A stretch of DNA of 64,000 bases from Thermoanaerobaculia bacterium (GCA_963666565.1 OY762911.1:992001-1056000), one strand, 5' to 3'; counted from the first letter of the stretch, positions 28,232-37,704 are shown. Numbers and translations are program-made. The notes: generated by a model from the letters alone, not told the origin.

Positions 28232-30154
28232 GTGCATGGAGCCTGTTCCGCCTCGACCGGCTCACGGACCCGCGCGGCCGCCGCGGGTCCGGTCGCGACG
28301 GCGCTGGCGATCCTCGGGGTACTGGGCTGCCTGAGCACGGCCGCCGTGCTCCCGGCCCAGGAAGGTCCGACGCACGCCATCGCCTACTTCGGCGAGCCGC
28401 GGTACGCGGCGGACATCCCGCACTTCCCCTACGTCAACCCGGACGCGCCGAAGGGCGGTGAGATGCGTACCTGGCTGCCGGGCACCTTCAACAACGTCCA
28501 TCCCTACGCGGACATGGGGCGTACGCCGAGCTGGGCCAACTGGCGGGTCACGGTGATCACCTCCGATCGCCTGATGATGGGGTCGGAGGACGAGCTCTCG
28601 ACGCTCTACTGCCTGCTCTGCGAGACGGTCGAGGTCGCCGCGGACTACAGTTGGGTGGCTTACGCGCTGCGATCCGAGGCGCGGTGGCACGACGGCGTGC
28701 CGGTCACCGTCGATGACGTCGTCTGGACGTTCGAGACCCTGAAGACAGACGGCCCGGTCAGCTTCAAGGCGGCCTGGCGGCACGTCGAGGGCATCGAGCG
28801 TCTCGGGGAGCGCTCCTTCCGCTTCCTGCTCGGCGCCGAGGGAAGAAGCCGCAGGGCGGTGATGGAGGCGTCCGCCTTCCTGCCGATGGCGAAGCACTAC
28901 TGGCGGGACCGCGACTTCACGGCGACCAGCCTGGAGGGGCCGCTCGGCAACGGCGCCTACCGCGTCAAGGAAGTCGACCCCGGCCGGCGCCTGGTCTTCG
29001 AGCGCGTTCCGGACTACTGGGCGAAGGACCTCAACTTCAGGCGCGGCTACCACAACTTCGACCGCATCTCCGTCCTCTACTTCCGGGACATGAAGGCCGG
29101 CATCCAGGCCCTCAAGGCCCGCGTCGTCGACTACTTTCGCGACCAGGACGAGCGTGAGGTCGCCACCGCCTACGACTTCCCCGAGGTGGGCATGGGGCTC
29201 TTCAACAAGGAGACCTACCGGATGCGGATGACCTACGGGATGCACTGGTCGGTCGTCTTCAACACCCGCCGCCCGCCCTTCGAGGACATCCGCGTCCGCG
29301 AGGCGCTGACTCTGGCCTACAACTTCGACTGGGGCAACCGCGCCCTCCAGTACGGCGCGCTGCGGCGGAACACGACGTTCTTCCTGGGCTCGGAGATGGC
29401 GGCGCGCGGCCTGCCGTCGGCCGCGGAACTGGCGCTGCTCGAGCCGTTGCGGGAGCACGTCCCCGACCGCGTCTTCACGCACGAGTTCGCCCTTCCCGAA
29501 ACCGACGGCTACGGCCGCAACCGGGAGGCGCTGCTGCGGGCGGGAGAGCTGCTCGACGAGGCCGGCTGGGTCCTCCGCGACATGAGGCGCGTCGACGAGG
29601 CGACCGGCGAACCGCTGCGGTTCGAGATCATGGTCATGCTCAGGGAACACGAACGGATGATGGTCCCCTTCGTCGAGAACCTGACGCGCCTCGGCATCGA
29701 AGCGACCGTCCGCCGGATGGAGTCGAACATCTTCACGAACCGGGCGCGCCAGTACGACTTCGACATGACGATGCAGAAGATTTACACCCACCCCATCCCG
29801 GCGCCGGGCGGCATGCGCAGCTACCTGCACTCCCGGAGCGTCGCCCCACCGAACCTGTTGAACTACGCGGGCATCGGGAACCCGGCGGTCGACGTCCTGG
29901 TGGAGAAGGTGATCGCGGCCGAGACGGAAGAGGAGATGAACGTCGCCGGCCGGGCGCTCGACCGGGTGCTTCTGTGGAGCTTCCACGTCATTCCCGAGGG
30001 CGCCCCCAAGGGCCGCCATCTCCTGTATTGGGATCGCTTCGGCCATCCGCCCCTGGGGCACGAGCACCTGAACTGGACCGGCTTCCCGCAGCTCTGGTGG
30101 TTCGACGCGGAGAAGAGCGCCCGGGTCGACGCCGCTTTGGGCGAGAGCAGGTAG
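28232..30154 (+). CDS. yejA: ABC transporter substrate-binding protein (YejA-like)
   Basis: HFPYVNPDAPKGG, ARWHDGVPVTVDDV, ERVPDYWAKDL, RALDRVLLW, WWFD. Confidence 0.88.
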   Translation: MHGACSASTGSRTRAAAAGPVATALAILGVLGCLSTAAVLPAQEGPTHAIAYFGEPRYAADIPHFPYVNPDAPKGGEMRTWLPGTFNNVHPYADMGRTPSWANWRVTVITSDRLMMGSEDELSTLYCLLCETVEVAADYSWVAYALRSEARWHDGVPVTVDDVVWTFETLKTDGPVSFKAAWRHVEGIERLGERSFRFLLGAEGRSRRAVMEASAFLPMAKHYWRDRDFTATSLEGPLGNGAYRVKEVDPGRRLVFERVPDYWAKDLNFRRGYHNFDRISVLYFRDMKAGIQALKARVVDYFRDQDEREVATAYDFPEVGMGLFNKETYRMRMTYGMHWSVVFNTRRPPFEDIRVREALTLAYNFDWGNRALQYGALRRNTTFFLGSEMAARGLPSAAELALLEPLREHVPDRVFTHEFALPETDGYGRNREALLRAGELLDEAGWVLRDMRRVDEATGEPLRFEIMVMLREHERMMVPFVENLTRLGIEATVRRMESNIFTNRARQYDFDMTMQKIYTHPIPAPGGMRSYLHSRSVAPPNLLNYAGIGNPAVDVLVEKVIAAETEEEMNVAGRALDRVLLWSFHVIPEGAPKGRHLLYWDRFGHPPLGHEHLNWTGFPQLWWFDAEKSARVDAALGESR

Positions 30155-30327
30155 TGGCTGTCCTGCGAACCCGGCGCCTGTCGGTGCGCGGGTCTGCCAT
30201 CCGCGCGCCCGATGACGGGCGCGCGAACTGGGACGCTGGCGGCGCTGGGACGCGCCGCCAGGGTGCTGACCCGCTGCCGCCGAAGGCGGCTGGAAAGACG
30301 CGCCGGCCGGAGGCCGGCGACCTTTAG
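30154..30327 (+). other. Repeat-encoded bridge ORF (57 aa) between yejA and yejB
   Basis: GTG overlaps the yejA TAG; its TAG ends 1 nt before the yejB GTG. Confidence 0.45.
30183..30320 (+). repeat. REP-A with 73-nt module C in its loop
   Basis: Colinear with 25329-25468. Confidence 0.85.
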
Positions 30328-30328
30328 A

Positions 30329-31405
30329 GTGCTCCTCTACGTCCTGCGCCGGATCCTCCTCATGGTGCCGACCCTGGTCGGCGTGCTGCTGATCAACTTC
30401 GTCATCATCCAGGCGGCGCCCGGCGGCCCGGTCGACCAGGCGATCGCCCGGCTTCAGGGGACCGGCCTCGACGCGGGAGTCGGGCTGCTCGGCGGCGGTG
30501 CGGCCGACGCGACATTCGAGGCCGAACTCTCCGCCACCGGCGGCATCGACCCGGCGCTCATCGAGGAGCTCGAGCGGCAGTTCGGCTTCGACAAGCCGGC
30601 GCACGTCCGGTTCGGTCTCATGCTGCGCGACTACCTGCGCTTCGACCTGGGCGAGAGCTTCTACCAGGACGTGCCGGTCATCGACCTCGTCCTCGACCGG
30701 CTGCCGGTGTCGATGTCGCTGGGGCTGTGGACGCTGCTCATCGTCTACTCGGTTTCGATCCCGCTCGGCATCCGCAAGGCGACGGCCGACGGTTCTCCCT
30801 TCGACGTGTGGACCAGCGTCGTGATCCTCGTCGGCTACGCGATCCCCGGCTTCATCCTCGCCGTGCTGTTGATCGTGCTGTTCGCGCGCGGCGGGATGAT
30901 CGAGTACTTCCCGCTGCGCGGCCTGGTGTCCGACGACTTTGCCGACCTCGGGACGTGGGCCCAGGTCAAGGACTACTTCTGGCACCTGGTGCTGCCGATC
31001 ACGGCCCTGGTCGCCGGCAGCTTCGCGACGCTGACGACGCTGACGAAGAACTCGTTCCTCGACGAGATCAACAAGCAGTACGTGCTGACGGCCAAGGCCA
31101 AGGGTCTGAAGACGCGGCGCGTGCTCTACGGCCACGTGTTCCGCAACGCGATGCTGATCGTGATCGCCGGGTTCCCGCGGGCTCTCGTCGGCGCGCTGTT
31201 CACGGGCGTGCTGCTGGCGGAGATCATCTTCTCGCTGGACGGGCTGGGGCTGCTCGGCTTCGAGGCGATCGTCACCCGGGACTACCCGATCATCTTCGGA
31301 ACGCTGTACATCTCGACGCTGCTGGCGCTGGTGCTGCAGCTTCTGACCGACATCACCTACACGCTGACCGATCCGCGGATCGACTTCGAGACTCGCGACG
31401 TATGA
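30329..31405 (+). CDS. yejB: ABC transporter permease (YejB-like)
   Basis: YVLRRILLMVPTL, QAAPGGPVDQ, TKNSFLDEINKQYVLTAKAKGL, DPRIDFE. Confidence 0.93.
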   Translation: MLLYVLRRILLMVPTLVGVLLINFVIIQAAPGGPVDQAIARLQGTGLDAGVGLLGGGAADATFEAELSATGGIDPALIEELERQFGFDKPAHVRFGLMLRDYLRFDLGESFYQDVPVIDLVLDRLPVSMSLGLWTLLIVYSVSIPLGIRKATADGSPFDVWTSVVILVGYAIPGFILAVLLIVLFARGGMIEYFPLRGLVSDDFADLGTWAQVKDYFWHLVLPITALVAGSFATLTTLTKNSFLDEINKQYVLTAKAKGLKTRRVLYGHVFRNAMLIVIAGFPRALVGALFTGVLLAEIIFSLDGLGLLGFEAIVTRDYPIIFGTLYISTLLALVLQLLTDITYTLTDPRIDFETRDV

Positions 31406-31548
31406 GCAGTTCGGAACCCCGTGGCGCGGAAGCCGGCGCTTTGCGCCGGATGCCGGCGGGAACCCGGGTGGCGCGATCCGCGCCACCCGCGAACCAGTCC
31501 GTGCGCCCGCCATCGGGCGCACGGATGGCACCCCGGCGCACCCAGTGA
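31402..31548 (+). other. Repeat-encoded bridge ORF (48 aa) between yejB and yejE
   Basis: ATGA overlap with the yejB stop and GTGA overlap with the yejE start. Confidence 0.5.
31428..31545 (-). repeat. REP-B with 72-nt module C in its loop
   Basis: Reverse complement equals the 23996 REP-B plus tail, interrupted by module C. Confidence 0.82.
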
Positions 31549-32573
31549 GCAGCCTCGGGCGCAGGAGATGGGCCGCCTTCAAGGCGAACCGCCGCGGCTG
31601 GTGGTCCTTGCGGATCTTCCTCGTCGTCTTCGGCGCCAGCCTCTTCGCCGAGGTGCTCGCCAACGACAAGCCGCTCGTCGTCCGCCACGAGGGCCGGTTC
31701 TACCTGCCGATCGTCGCGGCGTACGCGGAGACCGAGTTCGGCGGCGTGTTCGAGACGGAGGCGGACTACCGCGAGGAGTACGTCAAGGAGCTCGTACGGG
31801 ACGGCGGCGGCTGGATGATCTGGCCGCCGATCCCCTACGCGCACGACACGATCGACTACGAACTGCCTGGTCCGGCCCCCTACCCGCCGTCGCGCCGGCA
31901 CTGGCTGGGCACCGACGACGTCGGCAAGGACGTCCTCGCGGGCCTCATCTACGGCATCCGGCTGTCCTTCCTGTTCGGACTCGTGCTCACGGCCCTGAGC
32001 TCGATCGTCGGCGTGCTGGTGGGCGCGGTCCAGGGCTACCTGGGAGGCAAGGTGGACCTCTTCGGCCAGCGCCTGATCGAGATCTGGGCCGGGCTGCCGA
32101 TCCTCTTCGTGCTGATCATCCTCTCCAGCATCGTCGAGTCGAACGTCTTCTGGCTGCTCGGCATCCTGGTCGCGTTCAGTTGGATGGCGCTCGTGGGCGT
32201 GGTGCGGGCCGAGGTGCTGCGCGCGCGCAACTTCCAGTATGTGACGGCCGCGCGGGCCCTGGGAGCGGGGGACCGGCGGATCGTCCGACGGCATGTCCTG
32301 CCCAACGCGATGGTCGCGACCTTCACCTTCCTGCCCTTCATCCTCACCGGCTCGATCACCCTGCTCACGTCGCTCGACTTCCTCGGCTTCGGCCTGCCCG
32401 CCGACGCGCCCTCGCTCGGCCGGCTGCTCGCCCAGGGCCGCGCCAACCTGCACGCCCCTTGGCTGGGTGTCATGTCCTTCTTTACGCTGGCGACGCTCTT
32501 GACGCTCGTCATCTTCATCGGCGAAGCGCTGCGCGACGCCTTCGATCCACGCCGCACTGGGATGCAGTCGTGA
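31545..32573 (+). CDS. yejE: ABC transporter permease (YejE-like)
   Basis: RRWAAFKANRRGWWSL, ANDKPL, HWLGTDD, TSLDFLGFGLP, GEALRDAFDPR. Confidence 0.93.
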   Translation: MSSLGRRRWAAFKANRRGWWSLRIFLVVFGASLFAEVLANDKPLVVRHEGRFYLPIVAAYAETEFGGVFETEADYREEYVKELVRDGGGWMIWPPIPYAHDTIDYELPGPAPYPPSRRHWLGTDDVGKDVLAGLIYGIRLSFLFGLVLTALSSIVGVLVGAVQGYLGGKVDLFGQRLIEIWAGLPILFVLIILSSIVESNVFWLLGILVAFSWMALVGVVRAEVLRARNFQYVTAARALGAGDRRIVRRHVLPNAMVATFTFLPFILTGSITLLTSLDFLGFGLPADAPSLGRLLAQGRANLHAPWLGVMSFFTLATLLTLVIFIGEALRDAFDPRRTGMQS

Positions 32574-32731
32574 AGGAGCTCGGCTTCGCCTCGCGCGTGT
32601 TCCTCAGAAAGCCGGCGGGGACGCCGGCGCACCCAGTCTGCAACTCCGTCGACGACACACACTGGGTGCGCCGGCGTCCCCGCCGGCTTCTGAAAGGCGC
32701 GCCGCGAAGCGGCGACCATTTGGCTCCGTGA
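32570..32731 (+). other. Repeat-encoded bridge ORF (53 aa) between yejE and yejF
   Basis: GTGA overlaps at both ends. Confidence 0.5.
32611..32720. repeat. Back-to-back inverted REP-B pair
   Basis: 32611-32636 and 32662-32687 are exact reverse complements. Confidence 0.9.
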
Positions 32732-34312
32732 CGCCCTTCCTCGAGATCGCCGACCTCGCCGTCGCCTTCGACGGCGTCCAGGTCGTCCACGGGCTCGACC
32801 TGCGCCTCCACCGGGGCGAGTCGGTCGCCCTGGTCGGCGAGTCCGGCTCGGGCAAGTCGGTCACAGCGCTGTCGGTCCTTCAACTGCTTTCGTATCCCCG
32901 CGCCTCGCATCCGACCGGTTCGATCCTCGTGGACGGCGAAGAAGTCATGGGCGCCGGCGAGCAGGAGATGCGCGCCATCCGCGGCAGCCGGATCTCGATG
33001 GTCTTCCAGGAGCCGATGACCTCGCTCAATCCGCTCCACACGATCCAGAAGCAGGTCGAGGAGGTGCTCGCCCTGCACGCGAATCGCCCTGCACGCCGGA
33101 CTGCGCGGCGCCGCCGCCCGCGAGCGGACAGTCGAGCTGCTCGAACTCGTCGGCCTGCAAGAGGCGCGCGAACGGCTGAAGTCCTATCCGCATCAGCTCT
33201 CCGGCGGCCAGCGCCAGCGCGTGATGATCGCGATGGCGATCGCCAACGAGCCCGACCTGCTGATCGCCGACGAGCCGACGACCGCGCTCGACGTCACCGT
33301 CCAGGCCCAGATCCTCGCGCTGATCAAGGAGCTGCAGGAGCGGCTCGGGATGGCGCTGCTGCTGATCACCCACGATCTCGGGATCGTCCGCGCGATGGCC
33401 GACCGCGTCTACGTGATGGAGCAGGGGCACGTCGTCGAGGAGGGCGAGACGTCCGAGGTCTTCGTGCGGCCGGCGCATCCCTATACGCGCAAGCTGATCG
33501 ACGCCGAGCCGCGGGGTGCCTGCCCGATCCCGGAAGACGAAGCGCCGCCGCTGGTCGAGACGAAGGACGTGACCGTGGAGTTCCCGCTGCGAGGCTGGCC
33601 GCGGAAGCGCTCGCTCGTCGCCGTCGACGACGTCTCGCTCCGGGTCCGCCAGGGACACAGCCTCGGCGTCGTCGGCGAGTCGGGCAGCGGCAAGACGACC
33701 CTCGCCATGGCGATCGTACGCCTGCTCCAGAGCCGCGGCGAGATCGTCTTCGATGGCCGGTCGATCGACGGTCTGGGCTTCAGGCAGCTCAAGCCGCTGC
33801 GCAGGTCGATGCAGATCGTCTTCCAGGACCCGTACGGCAGCCTGTCGCCGCGCCTGACCGTCGAGGAGATCGTCTCCGAGGGGCTGGTCATCCACGAGCC
33901 GGCCATGAGCGCGGGCGAACGCCGCGACCGGGTCGCCGAAGTCCTGACCGAAGTCGGCCTCGAACCGGAGATCGCGCGCCGCTACCCGCACGAGTTCTCC
34001 GGCGGCCAGCGCCAGCGCATCGCGGTCGCCCGCGCGATGATCCTCCGGCCCCGCTTCGTCGTCCTCGACGAACCGACGTCCTCGCTCGACATGACGGTCC
34101 AGGCGCAGATCGTGGAGCTGTTGCTCGATCTCCAGCAGCGCCACGGCCTGACCTACCTCTTCATCAGCCACGACCTGAAGGTCGTGCGCGCCCTCTGCGA
34201 CGAGATCGCGGTGATGAAGGACGGCCGTATCGTCGAGCAGGGTCCGGCCGGCCAACTCTTCGATGCGCCGCGCGAGTCCTACACGCGTGCCCTCATGAAC
34301 GCAGCGCTTTGA
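32728..34312 (+). pseudogene. yejF: Dual-domain ABC ATPase (YejF-like), frameshifted by a 16-bp insertion near 33068-33096
   Basis: Two GESGSGK Walker A motifs in different frames; removing 16 bp gives 523 codons. Confidence 0.85.
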
Positions 34313-35676
34313 TGGAGCCACCCAGGATGAAAGCCGCACCCTCGATCCTGATCGCCGCCGTCACCGTCGTCGGCGCAGGCGCCACCACGTTCGGGCAATC
34401 CGCCGCGCCGCCCTCGCCCGACCCCGCGCGCCAGTGGAACCAGTTCCGGGGTCCCACCGGCGACGGCCGCACCCCCGCGATCGACGTGCCGATCGTCTTC
34501 GGTGAAGGCCAACTCGTGCGCTGGAAGACGCCCATCCACGACGAGGGCTGGTCCTCTCCCGTGGTTTGGGGCGAGCAGGTCTGGGTGACGACCGCTCGCG
34601 AGGACGGCACCGAGTTGTTCGCGGTCGCGGTCGACCTGGAGAGCGGAGAGATCGTGCACGACATCAAGGTCTTCGACGTCGCCAACCCCCAGGTCGCCTG
34701 GGACGGCCACAACACCCACGCGACGCCGACGCCGGTGATCGAGGAAGGCCGCATCTACGTCCACTTCGGCAGCTACGGCACGGCCGTGCTCGACACGCGG
34801 ACCGGCGAGAAGTTGTGGGAGAGGCGGGATTTGAACACCGACCACCGGGTGCGGCCGGCCTCGTCGCCCGTGCTCTCGGGCGACTCGCTGTTCCTCGCCT
34901 ACGACGGTGTGGACCGGCAGTTCGCCGCGGCACTCGACACGCGCACCGGCGAGACCCTCTGGCTCCGGAACCGCGAGGTCGCGACCGATTTCGGGGAGAA
35001 GCTCCGCGCGAAGGGGATCACGGATATCGAGAGCGTGCTGGCCGCGAAGCCGAACGACAACCGCAAGGCGTACGCCACCTCGACGCTGATCGAACACGAA
35101 GGCCAGCGGCAGCTCATCAGCCCGGCCTCGGAGGTCACGTTCGCCTACGACCCCGAAACCGGCGACGAACTGTGGCGCGTGGTCCACGAGGGCTGGGGTT
35201 GGAACCTGGCCTGTCGGCCGGTGTACGCGCATGGCCTCGTCTACTTCACCCAGGGGGTCTCCCGTTTGCTCGTGGCGGTGGACCCCGGCGGTTCCGGCGA
35301 TGTCACCGACACGCACGTCGCCTGGAGCGAGTCGCGCGGCACTCCGGAGATCCCCTCGCCGATCATTGTGGACGACCTGCTCTACATGGTCTCCGACACG
35401 GGCGGCGTGGTGGCGGCTCTTGACGCGACGACGGGGGAGCGTGTGTGGCGGGCACGCCTCCCCTCCGGAGGCGACCACTGGGCCTCGCCCGTGGCCGCCG
35501 AGGGCCGGATCTACCTCACGAGCCGCGACGGCACGGTGTCGGTGATCTCGGCGTCGCGGGAGTTCGGGGTTCTGGCGGAGAACGAGTTCGACGAGAGTCT
35601 CACCGCGTCGCCCGCCGTTGTCGATGGCGCGATCATCCTGCGCTCCGAAGGACATCTGTACCGGATCTCCGGCTAG
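34312..35676 (+). CDS. Secreted PQQ-like beta-propeller protein
   Basis: WNQFRGPTGDG, GWSSPVV, PSPII, WASPV; TGATG coupling. Confidence 0.88.
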   Translation: MEPPRMKAAPSILIAAVTVVGAGATTFGQSAAPPSPDPARQWNQFRGPTGDGRTPAIDVPIVFGEGQLVRWKTPIHDEGWSSPVVWGEQVWVTTAREDGTELFAVAVDLESGEIVHDIKVFDVANPQVAWDGHNTHATPTPVIEEGRIYVHFGSYGTAVLDTRTGEKLWERRDLNTDHRVRPASSPVLSGDSLFLAYDGVDRQFAAALDTRTGETLWLRNREVATDFGEKLRAKGITDIESVLAAKPNDNRKAYATSTLIEHEGQRQLISPASEVTFAYDPETGDELWRVVHEGWGWNLACRPVYAHGLVYFTQGVSRLLVAVDPGGSGDVTDTHVAWSESRGTPEIPSPIIVDDLLYMVSDTGGVVAALDATTGERVWRARLPSGGDHWASPVAAEGRIYLTSRDGTVSVISASREFGVLAENEFDESLTASPAVVDGAIILRSEGHLYRISG

Positions 35677-35804
35677 CGGGAAGGTGCGAGCCCGGCGAAC
35701 CGTGTCGGGTGGCCACGGCTCCCTGTAATCGGCCTGTATTCATGACCTGGACGACGATCTCCTCGGCGCACGGGCCGGCCGAGAGGATCCGGCAGCGTCA
35801 GGGC

Positions 35805-37127
35805 TTAGGCGCCGCGGTCGCGATCCCAGGCGAGGCGGCCGGCGACGAAGGCGGCGCGCACCGCCCGGTCGTCGCCGAGGAGGGCGAGCGCGTAGAGCGT
35901 GTCCTCGACGTTCCCGGACAGGGCGAGGCGATCCCGCATCACCGGCGTCGCGGCGGGATCGAGCACCACGATGTCCGCCCAGCGGCCGGGTTCGAGGCAG
36001 CCGATCTCCTCGTCGAGGCCGAGCAGCCTGGCGTTGCCCCGGGTGACGGAGTGGAAGAGGTCGTGGGCGCCGAGATGGACGCCCCGGAGCAGCGCGGCCT
36101 GGTAGGCGCCGGCGAGCGTGTGGAGCATCGAGTAGCCGGTGCCGGCGCCGACGTCGCTTCCCACCGCGATGCCGACCGGACGCTCCGGCCGCTCGAGCAT
36201 GCTCCGGTCAAAGACGCCCGAGCCCAGGAAGGAGTTCGCGGTCGGGCAGTGAACCACCGTCGATCCGGTGTCGTGGAGCCGCTGGCATTCCCGTTCGGAC
36301 AGATGGACCCCGTGCGCGAGGACGGTGCGGGGCCCCAGCAGCCCCGCCCGGTCGTACACGTCCGTGTAGTCGAGCGCCCGCGGGAAGAGCTCGCGCACGC
36401 GGGCGATCTCGGCCCGGCTCTCGCCGAGATGCGTCTGCACCAGGAGGTCGGGGCGAGCGGCCGCGAGTTCGCCCGCGAGGCGGAGCTGCCGGTCGCTGGA
36501 GGTGATGGCGAAGCGAACCGTGATCGCGTAGCGCAACCGGCCCCGAAGATGCCAGCGGGCGGCGAGCGCCTCGCTGGCGGCGACGCCGGTTTCGGGGTCG
36601 TCGCGGAGGCCTGCGGGCGCGTTGCGGTCCATCATCGTCTTGCCGGTCGCGATGGCCATGCCCCGCGCTTCGGCGGCGGCGAACAGGGCCTCGGCGGCCT
36701 GCTCGTGGACCGAGGAGAAGACGACCGCGGCGGTGGTTCCGTGCTGGACGAGCCGCTCAAGGAATACGTCGGCCGCGGCCTCGGCGCGGGCCGGGTCGCC
36801 GTAACGGAGTTCCTCGGGCCAGGTGAAGCGGTCGAGCCAGTCCAGCAGGTCCCGGCCGGGCGCGGCCAGCATCCGGTACTGGGGGAAGTGGATGTGGGCG
36901 TCGATGAAGCCCGGGAGAACGAGCGCGTCGCCGTAGTCGGTCCGGGGGAGCCGCCGGTAGCGCGCTGGCAACTCCGCAGCGTCGCCGCAAAACGCGATGC
37001 GGCCCTCCCCGTCGACCGCGACGGCGCCCCGCGGGTGGAAGCGGACCGCCTCCTCCAGGCTCGCGGCCGCCGGGTCGGCGCGGTAGGTGAGGACCGTGCC
37101 GCGGATCGTCCGCCCGCTGCGCGTCAC
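35805..37127 (-). CDS. guaD: Guanine deaminase
   Basis: PGFIDAHIHFPQ, LLDWLDRFTWPEE, GKTMMDRNAP, QTHLGE, HCPTANSFLGSG, GSDVGAGT, LGDDRAV. Confidence 0.92.
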   Translation of the reverse strand: MTRSGRTIRGTVLTYRADPAAASLEEAVRFHPRGAVAVDGEGRIAFCGDAAELPARYRRLPRTDYGDALVLPGFIDAHIHFPQYRMLAAPGRDLLDWLDRFTWPEELRYGDPARAEAAADVFLERLVQHGTTAAVVFSSVHEQAAEALFAAAEARGMAIATGKTMMDRNAPAGLRDDPETGVAASEALAARWHLRGRLRYAITVRFAITSSDRQLRLAGELAAARPDLLVQTHLGESRAEIARVRELFPRALDYTDVYDRAGLLGPRTVLAHGVHLSERECQRLHDTGSTVVHCPTANSFLGSGVFDRSMLERPERPVGIAVGSDVGAGTGYSMLHTLAGAYQAALLRGVHLGAHDLFHSVTRGNARLLGLDEEIGCLEPGRWADIVVLDPAATPVMRDRLALSGNVEDTLYALALLGDDRAVRAAFVAGRLAWDRDRGA

Positions 37128-37270
37128 CCCGGGATCAGGCGACGAGTCACGTCGAGGAACGCGTCCGTGTCCATCTCGGCCTCCAGGGCGGAGAGCTTCC
37201 GTCCCCGCTGGCGCATCGCCTCGCGCAGCAGCGATTCGGTATCGGCGTCAAGGGTGACAGTCGTTCGCAT
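37124..37270 (-). pseudogene. Internally deleted VapB-like antitoxin (48 aa)
   Basis: Same ends as 53327-53599 but lacking 42 aa in frame; GTGA overlap with guaD. Confidence 0.8.
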
Positions 37271-37306
37271 GGAAGGCACCATGATGCTTCCAGTTGGTGC
37301 TGTCAA
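37271..37306 (-). promoter_or_regulatory. Sigma70-type promoter, probably leaderless
   Basis: TTGACA-17 nt-CATGGT-7 nt-ATG; GCATCATGGTGC near-palindrome. Confidence 0.55.
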
Positions 37307-37331
37307 GCGTTCAACGCCGGCCGCCGCGCCG

Positions 37332-37501
37332 CTGGGTGCGCGGGTCTTCCGACCCGCTTGCCGCCGAAGGCGGCCTGAGAATCGTCGCCGGCCTTCGGCC
37401 GGCGGCCTTGTTCCCCGGGTTTCGCCGCTTCGCGGCTTCGCCCGGATGCGGGTCAGAAGACCCGCGCACCCAGTGGCGGGTCGGAAGACCCGCGCACCCG
37501 G
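37332..37501. repeat. REPIN (37332-37473) plus an extra tandem REP-A
   Basis: Inverted REP-A pair; spacer similar to the 15607 copy. Confidence 0.92.
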
Positions 37502-37578
37502 CGCCGCGGCGACATCGGCCTGTATCCATCCCGTTGGATCCCGGCGCTTCTTCCGTGGCTCGGTAAGGGGCTGTGCTA

Positions 37579-37602
37579 GCTTGCCAACAGCGTCTCAAGT
37601 CG
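37579..37602. promoter_or_regulatory. Putative operator copy upstream of the second TonB receptor
   Basis: Reverse complement CGACTTGAGACGCTGT matches 20878-20893 at 15/16. Confidence 0.45.
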
Positions 37603-37704
37603 GCTGTCCGCGAGACAGTTCCCCCACGAGCCGATCAGCACTCCGGTTCTCGTCGAGTGCCGGGTGCTTGAACCCATAACTTCTTCCCAGGGGGAGATCG
37701 CGCC

